The translations under genes were made by a program, and so were the position numbers. Below, in pieces: positions 7,719 to 15,649 of a DNA stretch of 32,000 bases; positions within the stretch are counted from its first letter, which is position 1; every line of letters begins with the position of its first letter. This stretch comes from Candidatus Omnitrophota bacterium (GTDB taxonomy: Bacteria > Omnitrophota > Gorgyraeia > 2-01-FULL-45-10): contig JAMWCX010000002.1 in assembly GCA_023818895.1 (NCBI GenBank), positions 300,001 to 332,000 of the forward strand. Direction: 5' to 3'. Under the pieces are notes generated by a model, which did no database searches, was not told the origin of the DNA, and was given only the letters and a program-made list of their open reading frames with translations.

Positions 7719-9368
7719 TTACCTCTTTCCGTAATAATAATACGAGTAATAATATGTGTCGGCGCTAACGGGCGTTTTGTTGAATACCATGCCGATGACC
7801 TTTGCCTTAGCATGGTCAAGGAGCTGATGTATCCTGGCCAGTATCCTTTTCGATGTCTTGCCACTTTCGACGACCACTATGACTCCGTCGGATAAGCCCG
7901 CCACGATGACCGCGTCGGTCAGCATTCCTATCGGCGGGCTGTCGAAAAGGACGAAATCAAACTTCTCCTTTGCTTTGTCTATAAGCTCCTTCATTCTGTG
8001 GCCGGCCAATAGTTCCGAAGGGTTCGGCGGCACCACTCCTCCCGCGATAAGGCAGACGTTCTCTATGCCGGTCTTCTGGATCGCCTTGTCCAGGGAAACC
8101 TGTCCTGAAAGAATGCTGCTCAATCCTATTTCGTTGACGGCGCCGAAAGCCTCGTGAAGCCGCGGCCTTCTCATGTCGGCGTCGACCAAAAGGACTCTTT
8201 GCCTGTTCTGTGCCATGGCTATCCCAAGATTACATAAAGTGACGGTCTTACCCTCCTGCGGGCCTGGGCTCGTTATAAGAATGCTCTTCACGGGCCTCTC
8301 TTCCGTCGATGTGAAGAGGATCCTAGTCCGAATTATCCTGTATATCTCGGATATGGGGTCCTTAGGTCTTATATTCACAAAGACGTCCTTTTCTGACTCC
8401 TTGAACTTCCCCGCTCTGTCTATGTTAGGTACGCTTCCGAGGAAAGGCCATCTCGTGACCCCCTCTATATCGTCGACGGTTCTGGCGCTGTCGTCGAGGT
8501 ATTCGAAAAAGAACGCCAACCCGATACCGCCGAAAAGCCCCACTATCACCGAAAGGATTATATTGAGGGCCTTTTTCGGCCTGACCGGCTTTACGGGAAC
8601 GACCGCCTGGTCCTGTATTGTTATGTTATTGGCCTTAAATCCGGCAAGCGCATGAGCGGAACCCTGTTTGGCATACTCCTCGATATTATCAAAGTTATAG
8701 ATCGACTTTTTCTCATCCTCGATCTTGGCGGTCATCTCATCCATCTCTTTTTTGAGCCTAATCATCTCCGGATGGCCGCTTTTATAAACCTTCTCGTACT
8801 CCGACATCTTAGCTTCCAGTTTCAGATATTCGTTCTTTAGAAGGTTCATTAGTTCATTCTTGCTTATATAATACAAATTGCGCATAACAAAAAGCGCGGC
8901 GATCCTATTGGCAATATTTGCGGCAAGAACGGGATCCTTATTGTCCACATGAAGTTTAACAAGACGAGTGTCGCGAATCGGTTCGGTTCTTATGGTCTTC
9001 ATGAATTTTTTGAGCGGCTCGTCGCAGTTAACATACTCTTCCTGCTTCGCGATACCGAACTCATCGTAGACTTTCTTTATAAGCGAGTAGGAAGTCAGTA
9101 TCTCCATCTGGCTCTGGTAATACTCCCTGTAGGAATAGTAATTCTGGGATTGAAGCTCGACGGTGCCGGTGGTCGTCAGGACGTTTGGGCTCTCCGGGTC
9201 TATGAGAATTACGGCTGTCGCGCGGTAGGTGGGGGTCATGATGAAATTACCCACGGTGACGATAAGTATTGTTGTCACGAAGAAAAGGATGAATACACCG
9301 AAACGGCGCCTTAAGATATCGAGATAATCTTTAAGGTGCAGATCTTCGTACGTATGCGTATTATTCAT
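7719..9368 (-). CDS. Polysaccharide co-polymerase fused to bacterial tyrosine autokinase (PCP-2a / Wzc-GumC-EpsG type)
   Basis: 549 aa. N-terminal Wzz-like region with TM1 (GVFILFFVTTILIVTVGNFI), a periplasmic coiled coil and TM2 (LNIILSVIVGLFGGIGLAFFF). Kinase motifs: Walker A SPGPQEGKT, A' VLLVDADMRRP, B FDFVLFDSPP. C-terminal tyrosine cluster DTYYYSYYYYGKR. Confidence 0.9.
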   Translation of the reverse strand: MNNTHTYEDLHLKDYLDILRRRFGVFILFFVTTILIVTVGNFIMTPTYRATAVILIDPESPNVLTTTGTVELQSQNYYSYREYYQSQMEILTSYSLIKKVYDEFGIAKQEEYVNCDEPLKKFMKTIRTEPIRDTRLVKLHVDNKDPVLAANIANRIAALFVMRNLYYISKNELMNLLKNEYLKLEAKMSEYEKVYKSGHPEMIRLKKEMDEMTAKIEDEKKSIYNFDNIEEYAKQGSAHALAGFKANNITIQDQAVVPVKPVRPKKALNIILSVIVGLFGGIGLAFFFEYLDDSARTVDDIEGVTRWPFLGSVPNIDRAGKFKESEKDVFVNIRPKDPISEIYRIIRTRILFTSTEERPVKSILITSPGPQEGKTVTLCNLGIAMAQNRQRVLLVDADMRRPRLHEAFGAVNEIGLSSILSGQVSLDKAIQKTGIENVCLIAGGVVPPNPSELLAGHRMKELIDKAKEKFDFVLFDSPPIGMLTDAVIVAGLSDGVIVVVESGKTSKRILARIHQLLDHAKAKVIGMVFNKTPVSADTYYYSYYYYGKR

Positions 9369-9377
9369 GGCCCATTC

Positions 9378-10235
9378 CTAAAAAAAGCTTTCGGGGACAT
9401 ACACGATATCTTCGGGTTGCAGCACAATATCCTTCTCCTTCTGGTCCTTGCGGGTTATATCCTCTACGTTTATTACTATAGTGGTTCGCTGGCCGCCCTC
9501 TGTCCTCATAACCTTCACTTTGGTTATATCGGCAAACTTGGTGAAACCTTCCGCCATTGCGATAGCCGCAAGAAGCGTCATGCTTTTTTCTCTGGGCATG
9601 TCGAATTTTCCGGGCTTATTGACCTGTCCCAACACAGATACCTGCCAAAATCCGCGCGGAACTGTTATAACATCGCCCGCCTCTACTATGATGTCTTTAT
9701 CTTTCTCACCTTTAAGTGTAATATCTTGTGTGTCAATCTTTATAATCTTTTGTTGGCCGTCTTCTATCCTCATTATGGTGACGTTATGTATATCGGCATC
9801 GGTAGTAAATCCTCCCGCCATTCCTATAGCCTGCATCAGTGTGCGTGGTTTTTCGGAAAGAAGATCGTATTTGCCTGGATTCTTCACCTCTCCCATCACT
9901 GATATTTGCCTTATATTATATTGTTCGATAAAAACCAGCACTTCTGCCTTAACCAAATAATCCGCTTCCAGCAGCCTTTTGAGCTCCTGCTCGGCCTCAT
10001 GAACGGTCATGCCCTGTACTTTTACTTGACCAAGAAGCGGAAAAGTAATAAAACCTTCTTTTGTAATGCGCGTCCTCGTGGTTAGGTCCGGTTGATTATG
10101 AACTGTGATTGTTATAACATCCGTTGGCTGCAGTCTATACTCTGAATCTTTGTTTGGATCGAAGCCCCCATATCCGCAATGAGTTGCCATCACGAGAAAT
10201 ACAACCGCGGTTATAATTGACAGGTATTTTTTCAT
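9378..10235 (-). CDS. Outer-membrane polysaccharide export (OPX, Wza-like) protein, short form without C-terminal OM helix
   Basis: 285 aa. Signal peptide (MKKYLSIITAVVFLVMATHC). Poly_export motif (YRLQPTDVITITVHNQPDLTTRTRITKEGFITFPLLGQVKVQGMTVHEAEQELKRLL). Two SLBB-like repeats (ISVMGEVKNPGKYDL.., VSVLGQVNKPGKFDM..). The protein ends ..VYVPESFF directly after the second SLBB. Confidence 0.85.
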   Translation of the reverse strand: MKKYLSIITAVVFLVMATHCGYGGFDPNKDSEYRLQPTDVITITVHNQPDLTTRTRITKEGFITFPLLGQVKVQGMTVHEAEQELKRLLEADYLVKAEVLVFIEQYNIRQISVMGEVKNPGKYDLLSEKPRTLMQAIGMAGGFTTDADIHNVTIMRIEDGQQKIIKIDTQDITLKGEKDKDIIVEAGDVITVPRGFWQVSVLGQVNKPGKFDMPREKSMTLLAAIAMAEGFTKFADITKVKVMRTEGGQRTTIVINVEDITRKDQKEKDIVLQPEDIVYVPESFF

Positions 10236-10236
10236 A

Positions 10237-11517
10237 TCAGAATCCTGCGGTTCCGCTTAATGAGATTAGATGGTCGAGATAATCATACATATCGAAATTA
10301 GAGCTCTTGTTGGTGCATTCATATTTTATATCGAAGGAAAGCCACCGGCTCATGTTATACCTAAGGTTAATACCGCCTTTTAAGTAATTATCGATACGTT
10401 TGGCAGTCTTGCCATTTTCAGAAGATTCGCTCGGATAGGTATGAAGCTGATATGAGCCGTAGAACCTGCTAATAACTTTTTCTTTATAGATCTTCTTATA
10501 TTCAAGACCGACGAGGTTGGCCACATAGTAGTTCATGTTGGCATAGGTGGATTCGTCTACCGACCTCTGCAATGTAAGTATGATCAGATCGCCTTTAGAC
10601 GCCTCGTATTGGAAGCCGCCGCGGGCAACAGGCCCTATATAGGTTTTATGCGCCATGAATGGCGAGCCCTCATACTGCTGGTACCTAAATCCAGTTTTGA
10701 AATCAAGAGACATCCGGGCAAACCAATCACCTTTGAACCCAACGAGTATCTCGTCAAACCATGAACCAGGCACCTGAGAAGTATTATAGTAATGTATAGT
10801 TCCGATATCGTTTTCGATAATGACGTCGGTCTTGGGCATGAAGCGGTAGCTCATGGAAGCGTCAATTATATTATAGACATGATTCTTGTCTTCATAGGTA
10901 AGATTTCCGTTCCAAAGATTCGTAGAGTTATAAGTCTGGATGATGTTGGAATATCCTATGTCATATTGCATCTTGTTAAGTTCAGCCGCGACGCCGAACC
11001 TGAAATTGTTTACCGTCTCCTGTAGCCTTACACTATCTTCGTTCGCGGCTCTGTCGGTAAATATGGTAAATGTATCTTTAGCCGTAATATGAGCTTTACC
11101 CAGCCGGATATCGAGCAAAAACCGGCCTAGATGATCAAGGTGGTTCTGGTCATGATATACGCCGTAATAATGCGGGCTCAGTTCATAATCGGCGCTCATC
11201 CTGTGAGGACCGAACGGAACAACAAATCCCAGCGACGGTCTGAGGATCGATATTATATCGGTCCTCCTGTCGGTATTGTCGTAGAAGACGTTGGTGTCGA
11301 TCTGCTCTTCGGATTTTATGGCAGCGTGTATAGTAGCTTTATTGTTAGCCACCTTGATTCCGCGGCGCTCTGGAAGATCGTTACTCTGAAGGACCCTCTT
11401 AATCTCTAAATAATCGGGGGTCTCATCAAGCTCAGTCGCATACAAAAACGCGCAGAATACCAGCGAACTTATCGCGGCAGCTGCGCATACCGATATGTTT
11501 TTTGTTATGGTTGGCAT
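10237..11517 (-). CDS. Putative outer-membrane beta-barrel protein of the export module
   Basis: 426 aa. N-terminal signal-like segment (ISVCAAAAISSLVFCAFLYA). Alternating aromatic/polar beta-strand pattern throughout, rich in Y/N/D/G turns. C-terminus ..ISLSGTAGF has the terminal Phe typical of BAM substrates. 1-nt gap to the OPX gene. Confidence 0.6.
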   Translation of the reverse strand: MPTITKNISVCAAAAISSLVFCAFLYATELDETPDYLEIKRVLQSNDLPERRGIKVANNKATIHAAIKSEEQIDTNVFYDNTDRRTDIISILRPSLGFVVPFGPHRMSADYELSPHYYGVYHDQNHLDHLGRFLLDIRLGKAHITAKDTFTIFTDRAANEDSVRLQETVNNFRFGVAAELNKMQYDIGYSNIIQTYNSTNLWNGNLTYEDKNHVYNIIDASMSYRFMPKTDVIIENDIGTIHYYNTSQVPGSWFDEILVGFKGDWFARMSLDFKTGFRYQQYEGSPFMAHKTYIGPVARGGFQYEASKGDLIILTLQRSVDESTYANMNYYVANLVGLEYKKIYKEKVISRFYGSYQLHTYPSESSENGKTAKRIDNYLKGGINLRYNMSRWLSFDIKYECTNKSSNFDMYDYLDHLISLSGTAGF

Positions 11518-11531
11518 ACTACGTAAAGTGG

Positions 11532-12263
11532 CTATATCCTGCTTGCCTTGTTTTCCTGCGCAGGATTTTCCTGCGTCATCTCCTGCTGCGACATATCACC
11601 CAGGTTATCCTGGTTGCTTACTTCCGGTTCGGTGTAGAGCTCCGCAATCGGGCCGGTCTCCCATCCGGCCAGCACAGCTGCCTTCTCGTCGCCGGTAAGC
11701 TTCCTCGGCTGGGACATCTCTCCGGTAACTGACGCTATCGATTCCATGCCCTGTATAACAACATAGCTGTCGCCGCTGATAGTGCTTGTGAAATCAACCG
11801 AACCTTCATCGACATACACTCTGGTATCCGCGCCTTCGATGAAGATATAGAAAACAGTGCCGCGCGCGCCGCATATTGCAGCAGGGGTCTTCACCTTAAA
11901 ATCAGACGGTGTCTTTATGAGCACCTTCAATTGCCCCGCGGTCATGTTTATGCCGACCGTCTTGGCGGCCTCTTCCCAAACCAGCTCCTCGACCGACACT
12001 TCCGTATTCTCCTTAAGCGTCACGGAACTTGTGTCCGGGAACTCAAGTCTCGCCACACCGTCTTCCGCGGTCTTGATGCCATCTTTTTTACTCAACACTT
12101 GCCCCTGTTGAGCGTCTGACCATTCAGCAGCCGGCGATATCATGACCATGACCTTGCCGCTTGCAGCCGCGATCTTGAGAGCCCCTTCCGCGGCAATTGC
12201 GCTTGTTGCCAGCAAAAAAATCGAACCTATCATTAAAATTTTCATCATATTAGATGGTTTCAT
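11532..12263 (-). CDS. Secreted FecR-domain protein
   Basis: 243 aa. Signal peptide (KILMIGSIFLLATSAIAAEG). FecR-type motif: GKVMVMISPAAEWSDAQQGQVLSKKDGIKTAEDGVARLEFPDTSSVTLKENTEVSV. Q/E-rich C-terminal tail. SD AAGGAG lies 5 nt before the ATG. Confidence 0.65.
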   Translation of the reverse strand: MKPSNMMKILMIGSIFLLATSAIAAEGALKIAAASGKVMVMISPAAEWSDAQQGQVLSKKDGIKTAEDGVARLEFPDTSSVTLKENTEVSVEELVWEEAAKTVGINMTAGQLKVLIKTPSDFKVKTPAAICGARGTVFYIFIEGADTRVYVDEGSVDFTSTISGDSYVVIQGMESIASVTGEMSQPRKLTGDEKAAVLAGWETGPIAELYTEPEVSNQDNLGDMSQQEMTQENPAQENKASRI

Positions 12264-12294
12264 TTTGTCTCCTTATATTGATATTAACCTTGTA

Positions 12295-12323
12295 AATATA
12301 TCATATAAAGCACAAGAAGTCAA
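12295..12323 (-). promoter_or_regulatory. Internal sigma70-like promoter ahead of the FecR/barrel/OPX/BY-kinase genes
   Basis: On the minus strand: TTGACT (12323..12318), 17-nt spacer, TATATT (12300..12295). A ~25-nt leader with AAGGAG precedes the ATG at 12263. It lies in the largest intergenic gap (97 bp) of the locus. Confidence 0.55.
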
Positions 12324-12360
12324 ATGCAAGGATTAACTTTTTTATCTCTTAATTTTGCCG

Positions 12361-13026
12361 TTAGTAACTTTCTTCGAGGTGAAGATCTACGTAGGATGCC
12401 ATTATTTCGGCGACTTTGGTAGGAGGTATTACTGAAAAGTAACTATCAATAACCGCATGGGCTATTTCATGGGCTATTATGGAGTCGGTAATGCCGCTTT
12501 CATAGGCATAGATGGTCTTATACTTATGGACATAAAAAGCCTTGAGGTTGTTTTGCGTCTTCCCGAAAATCCTGCGATACTCTTGTTCAAGATTATCCCG
12601 GCTGTTGAATATACGCACATTGAATCTGGCCGCGCGCGGCCGCATGTCGAGGATCTCCTCCACCCGCTTAAGTAGCCCGTCTAGTCTGTCGGCGACTTTT
12701 ATCTCTGGAGTGGCACCTGAACCTGACCCAAAAAAAGATACGCCCCCGCTTCCGAGCCTGCGGGCTACCGTTCTGACGTCAACAGTCCTTTCGCAGTATA
12801 CGGTAAAATACCGGCTGTTGATAACCGTCCGGCCGGCAGCTCCCTCAGCCGCGGCTGCCGACGAAGAAAAGCCATCGGAGAGAGGCGCCTGGACGGTAAA
12901 ATCAGGCGCATATTCGGCGAATAGCGATATGATGCCGAAAGAAAACGCGAAAAAAAATGCCGCCACAAGGACTACCCTGCCCGGATTTATGATGTCCGCC
13001 CTGACCGCTTCTGGGAAATTATTCAT
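12361..13026 (-). CDS. Membrane-anchored protein with C-terminal HExxH(+E) zinc-metallopeptidase-like motif
   Basis: 221 aa. One N-terminal TM (VVLVAAFFFAFSFGIISLF) and an Ala/Ser/Gly-rich linker. HEIAH lies near the C-terminus, with a Glu 17 residues after the second His (..KVAEIM), which is gluzincin-like spacing. Confidence 0.5.
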   Translation of the reverse strand: MNNFPEAVRADIINPGRVVLVAAFFFAFSFGIISLFAEYAPDFTVQAPLSDGFSSSAAAAEGAAGRTVINSRYFTVYCERTVDVRTVARRLGSGGVSFFGSGSGATPEIKVADRLDGLLKRVEEILDMRPRAARFNVRIFNSRDNLEQEYRRIFGKTQNNLKAFYVHKYKTIYAYESGITDSIIAHEIAHAVIDSYFSVIPPTKVAEIMASYVDLHLEESY

Positions 13027-13029
13027 CCA

Positions 13030-13575
13030 TCACTCCGTAATAAAGGAGTCGAGCTCTTTTCTAAGTTTCAGGACCTCGTCCTTAACCTCAGCCGATATAG
13101 AAATTCTTTCAAGCTCGGAACATATTTTCTTTATCCTGGATATGCGGGTCCGCAAAGTTTGTGTCATAACTTCGAGGCTGACCGCAAGCGGCTTTATCTG
13201 ATCCTGTCGCCTGAGGTTGAGCTTCGCCGTAAGATTGCCGGAAGCGATCTCCCCCGCCCCTATTTCCATCCTATAGAGCGCGCCGGATATCTTATGGGAG
13301 GTAAACAGAGTTATAAATATCGTGGCGATCCCGACCAATATTATAACGATCGCGCTGCTCAATAGAAGCAGGGGAAGTATATATTCCGCGGTGCTCTTTA
13401 TGACAAGGCGGGAGTTCTCAAAGGTAGTCGTGACCGTGGATGTTGACATGACATACACGATAATACCGGACAGCAGGGCACCCAGTACCACAAGGGCGCA
13501 GAATCTCAATATAAAATCCCTCTGGAATTTTTTTCCTATATAGTAACGCTTGCGTCTTTCCTCGATTTTTCTCAT
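13030..13575 (-). CDS. Two-TM membrane protein with HAMP domain and no output domain
   Basis: 181 aa. TM1 (ILRFCALVVLGALLSGIIVYV), a ~20-aa outside loop, TM2 (ILPLLLLSSAIVIILVGIATIFITLF). HAMP-like segment: TSHKISGALYRMEIGAGEIASGNLTAKLNLRRQDQIKPLAVSLEVMTQTL. This is followed only by a ~35-aa coiled-coil tail. Confidence 0.6.
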   Translation of the reverse strand: MRKIEERRKRYYIGKKFQRDFILRFCALVVLGALLSGIIVYVMSTSTVTTTFENSRLVIKSTAEYILPLLLLSSAIVIILVGIATIFITLFTSHKISGALYRMEIGAGEIASGNLTAKLNLRRQDQIKPLAVSLEVMTQTLRTRISRIKKICSELERISISAEVKDEVLKLRKELDSFITE

Positions 13576-13583
13576 AAAACGCG

Positions 13584-14189
13584 TTAACGCTCCAATCTTA
13601 CCTTGTCCAGGTTTTCTCTGTACACCGTCACGTCTCCTTTATTTATCAGGTCCGCCATCCATCCGTCAAGGGCGCTCTGTATCTTCTTGTTAAAAAGCTC
13701 GCGTTTTATCTCGGGAGCCATCTCTTCATAGCTTTTTATCTTGCCGCCCTCCTCCATCGCCGTCTCTTCATACCTTTTCTTCACTTCCTCATCGCTTACC
13801 CGTGTGGAAGCGGCAAGCTCCCTCATCTTCATGTTGAACAGCTGTTTCAGGAGGGCCTGCTCCCAATATCTTTCGATCTCCAACATAAAAGACCTCTCCC
13901 TGTCAAACCCATGCCGCTGCGCTTCCTGCACAAGAAGTTTTCTCATTATTATTTCGTCGAGAAGCTGCGCTTTTGCCCGGGCCTGGTCTTCCGGCAGGCG
14001 CCTGCCGTATCCCGAAAGATAAGTCTCCTCCTGAAAATCCTTGGTGCTCATCCTGTAATTGCCGATCCTTACCACAAGCTCCTTTTCGGCCGGTTCCTTG
14101 CCGTGCGGCCCGCAGCCGGATACCGATGCCATGGCTGCCACCACGATAAGCGCCAAATAGAATCTTCTTCTCATATGCGATTTTTTCAT
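13584..14189 (-). CDS. Lipoprotein with SurA-N-terminal-like chaperone domain (no parvulin domain)
   Basis: I trimmed the track ORF (13584..14264) to the ATG at 14189, which gives MKKSHMRRRFYLALIVVAAMASVSGC (lipobox VSGC) and overlaps the upstream stop (TGATG). SurA_N-like helix: AQLLDEIIMRKLLVQEAQRHGF. No rotamase motifs. Confidence 0.6.
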   Translation of the reverse strand: MKKSHMRRRFYLALIVVAAMASVSGCGPHGKEPAEKELVVRIGNYRMSTKDFQEETYLSGYGRRLPEDQARAKAQLLDEIIMRKLLVQEAQRHGFDRERSFMLEIERYWEQALLKQLFNMKMRELAASTRVSDEEVKKRYEETAMEEGGKIKSYEEMAPEIKRELFNKKIQSALDGWMADLINKGDVTVYRENLDKVRLER

Positions 14190-15649
14190 CAATATGCGCC
14201 GATACCGAAAATGACGACAGGTATGGTCTTTAAAAGTATCTTGAAATCGAGCCACAATGACCATCTATCGATGTACTCTAGGTCTAGCTTCATCCACTGC
14301 TCGAAACTGAGCTTGCTCCTTCCACTCACCTGCCAAAGGCACGTGATGCCCGGCCGCATCGAAAGCCTCCTGCGCTGCCACGGCTCAAGCTTAGATACCT
14401 CATAGGCCGGGAGCGCCCTCGGCCCGACGAGACTCATGTGGCCCACAAATACATTGAAAAGCTGTGGAAGCTCGTCGATACTGAATTTCCGCAAGAACCT
14501 GCCGAGGGGCGTAATACGCGGGTCATCCTTTACCTTAAATACCGGTCCTTTCATTATATTCATGTGCGCCACCTCAGATTGTCTACGATGGGCGCCTTTA
14601 TACATTGAACGGAATTTATAAAGTATAAATCGCCTGCCGTTTAAGCCTATTCTTTTCTGGATAAAGAAGACCGGTCCCGGCGAAGTAAGCTTGATCAAGA
14701 CAGCGACAAGAAGAAAGAGCGGGCTCAGTAAAATAATACCCACCCCTGACACGATTATGTCGAAAGCCCTCTTGACGAAGCGCTGCCACTCCTGAGCCAC
14801 CGTCGTTTCAAAAGTTATGAAAGGAATTCCCGCCAGTTCTGTCTGATGCGCCTTCGCCATCCTGAGCTCAAATAAATCCACCGCTAGTGTTGGTCGGATT
14901 CCGTAAATCTCGCAGGCATAAAGAGAATTTTCGATCAGATTCAATTTTGAACGAGGGACAATAAATATGACCTCATCTATGGCGTATCCTTTAAGGATGC
15001 GCGGAATATCCTCGAGCATTCCTATGACGGTAGCCCCTGTCTCATCGACCTCTTTTCCGCGATGAGTCTCCTCATAATCAACAGCCCCTACCACCTTGAA
15101 ACCCCATTCCTTGTGTTCCTGCACGTTTCGGATGAATTGCGCCGCGCGTGGGCCGCTTCCGACGACCAGTACCCTTCTGATATTGTGACCTTGCCGTCGG
15201 GCAAACCGCATGACGTAAAATATTATAAGTTTTTCCGCGATTATGAACGCGAAGCTTATTAGCAGGAATATTATGAAAAAAGCCCTGCTCACGAATTTCA
15301 GCTTGAAAAGGAACGCCGCCGTGCCGAAGACTATGGCTGTCATCAGCGCGGCTTTTATAACCATCAGTATTATTTCGGAAACCGGCAGAGTCCGCCACCT
15401 GCTATAAATCCCGCTTAGATACAGGGACGCACACCATATCGGCACGACGAAAAACAGCACCACCAGGTAATCACTGAGCGACAGCGCCTGAAGGTCGGCA
15501 ACTATCCTTATGTTGGGGATGAGGTCTATCTGATAAAAATTCTGAAAGTTCTTGCGAAGGAAAAAAGCGAGGAAGAAAGCGGCACAGACGACGGCGGCGT
15601 CGAGTATCGCGAGGGCTTTCCGGATCACATTCTCATGCTCTCTGATCAC
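14189..15649 (-). CDS. Polyprenyl-phosphate sugar-1-phosphate transferase (WbaP/EpsB-type priming glycosyltransferase)
   Basis: 486 aa. 4-5 N-terminal TM helices and a central Rossmann-like segment (RRVLVVGSGPRAAQF). C-terminal bacterial sugar-transferase domain: KRAFDIIVSGVGIILLSPLFLLVAVLIKLTSPGPVFFIQKRIGLNGRRFILYKFRSM .. DELPQLFNVFVGHMSLVGPRA. GTG start with SD GGGAGAG. Confidence 0.93.
   Translation of the reverse strand: MIREHENVIRKALAILDAAVVCAAFFLAFFLRKNFQNFYQIDLIPNIRIVADLQALSLSDYLVVLFFVVPIWCASLYLSGIYSRWRTLPVSEIILMVIKAALMTAIVFGTAAFLFKLKFVSRAFFIIFLLISFAFIIAEKLIIFYVMRFARRQGHNIRRVLVVGSGPRAAQFIRNVQEHKEWGFKVVGAVDYEETHRGKEVDETGATVIGMLEDIPRILKGYAIDEVIFIVPRSKLNLIENSLYACEIYGIRPTLAVDLFELRMAKAHQTELAGIPFITFETTVAQEWQRFVKRAFDIIVSGVGIILLSPLFLLVAVLIKLTSPGPVFFIQKRIGLNGRRFILYKFRSMYKGAHRRQSEVAHMNIMKGPVFKVKDDPRITPLGRFLRKFSIDELPQLFNVFVGHMSLVGPRALPAYEVSKLEPWQRRRLSMRPGITCLWQVSGRSKLSFEQWMKLDLEYIDRWSLWLDFKILLKTIPVVIFGIGAY

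Noticed and set aside
7711-7728. Hairpin AAAGAGG-ATTA-CCTCTTT between the convergent PilZ and BY-kinase genes, considered as a bidirectional terminator.
   Set aside because: It is a 7-bp AT-rich stem with no U-tract on either strand, and it overlaps the last codons of the BY-kinase gene. That is too weak to call.
14190-14264. N-terminal 25-codon extension of the SurA-like ORF. Likewise 23319..23435 for the GT and 27053..27103 for the Zn-ribbon methyltransferase.
   Set aside because: The extensions overlap the upstream gene, or for the methyltransferase a terminator hairpin. Internal Met codons give a lipoprotein signal peptide, a short 8-nt overlap, or the typical MxCxxCG N-terminus respectively.
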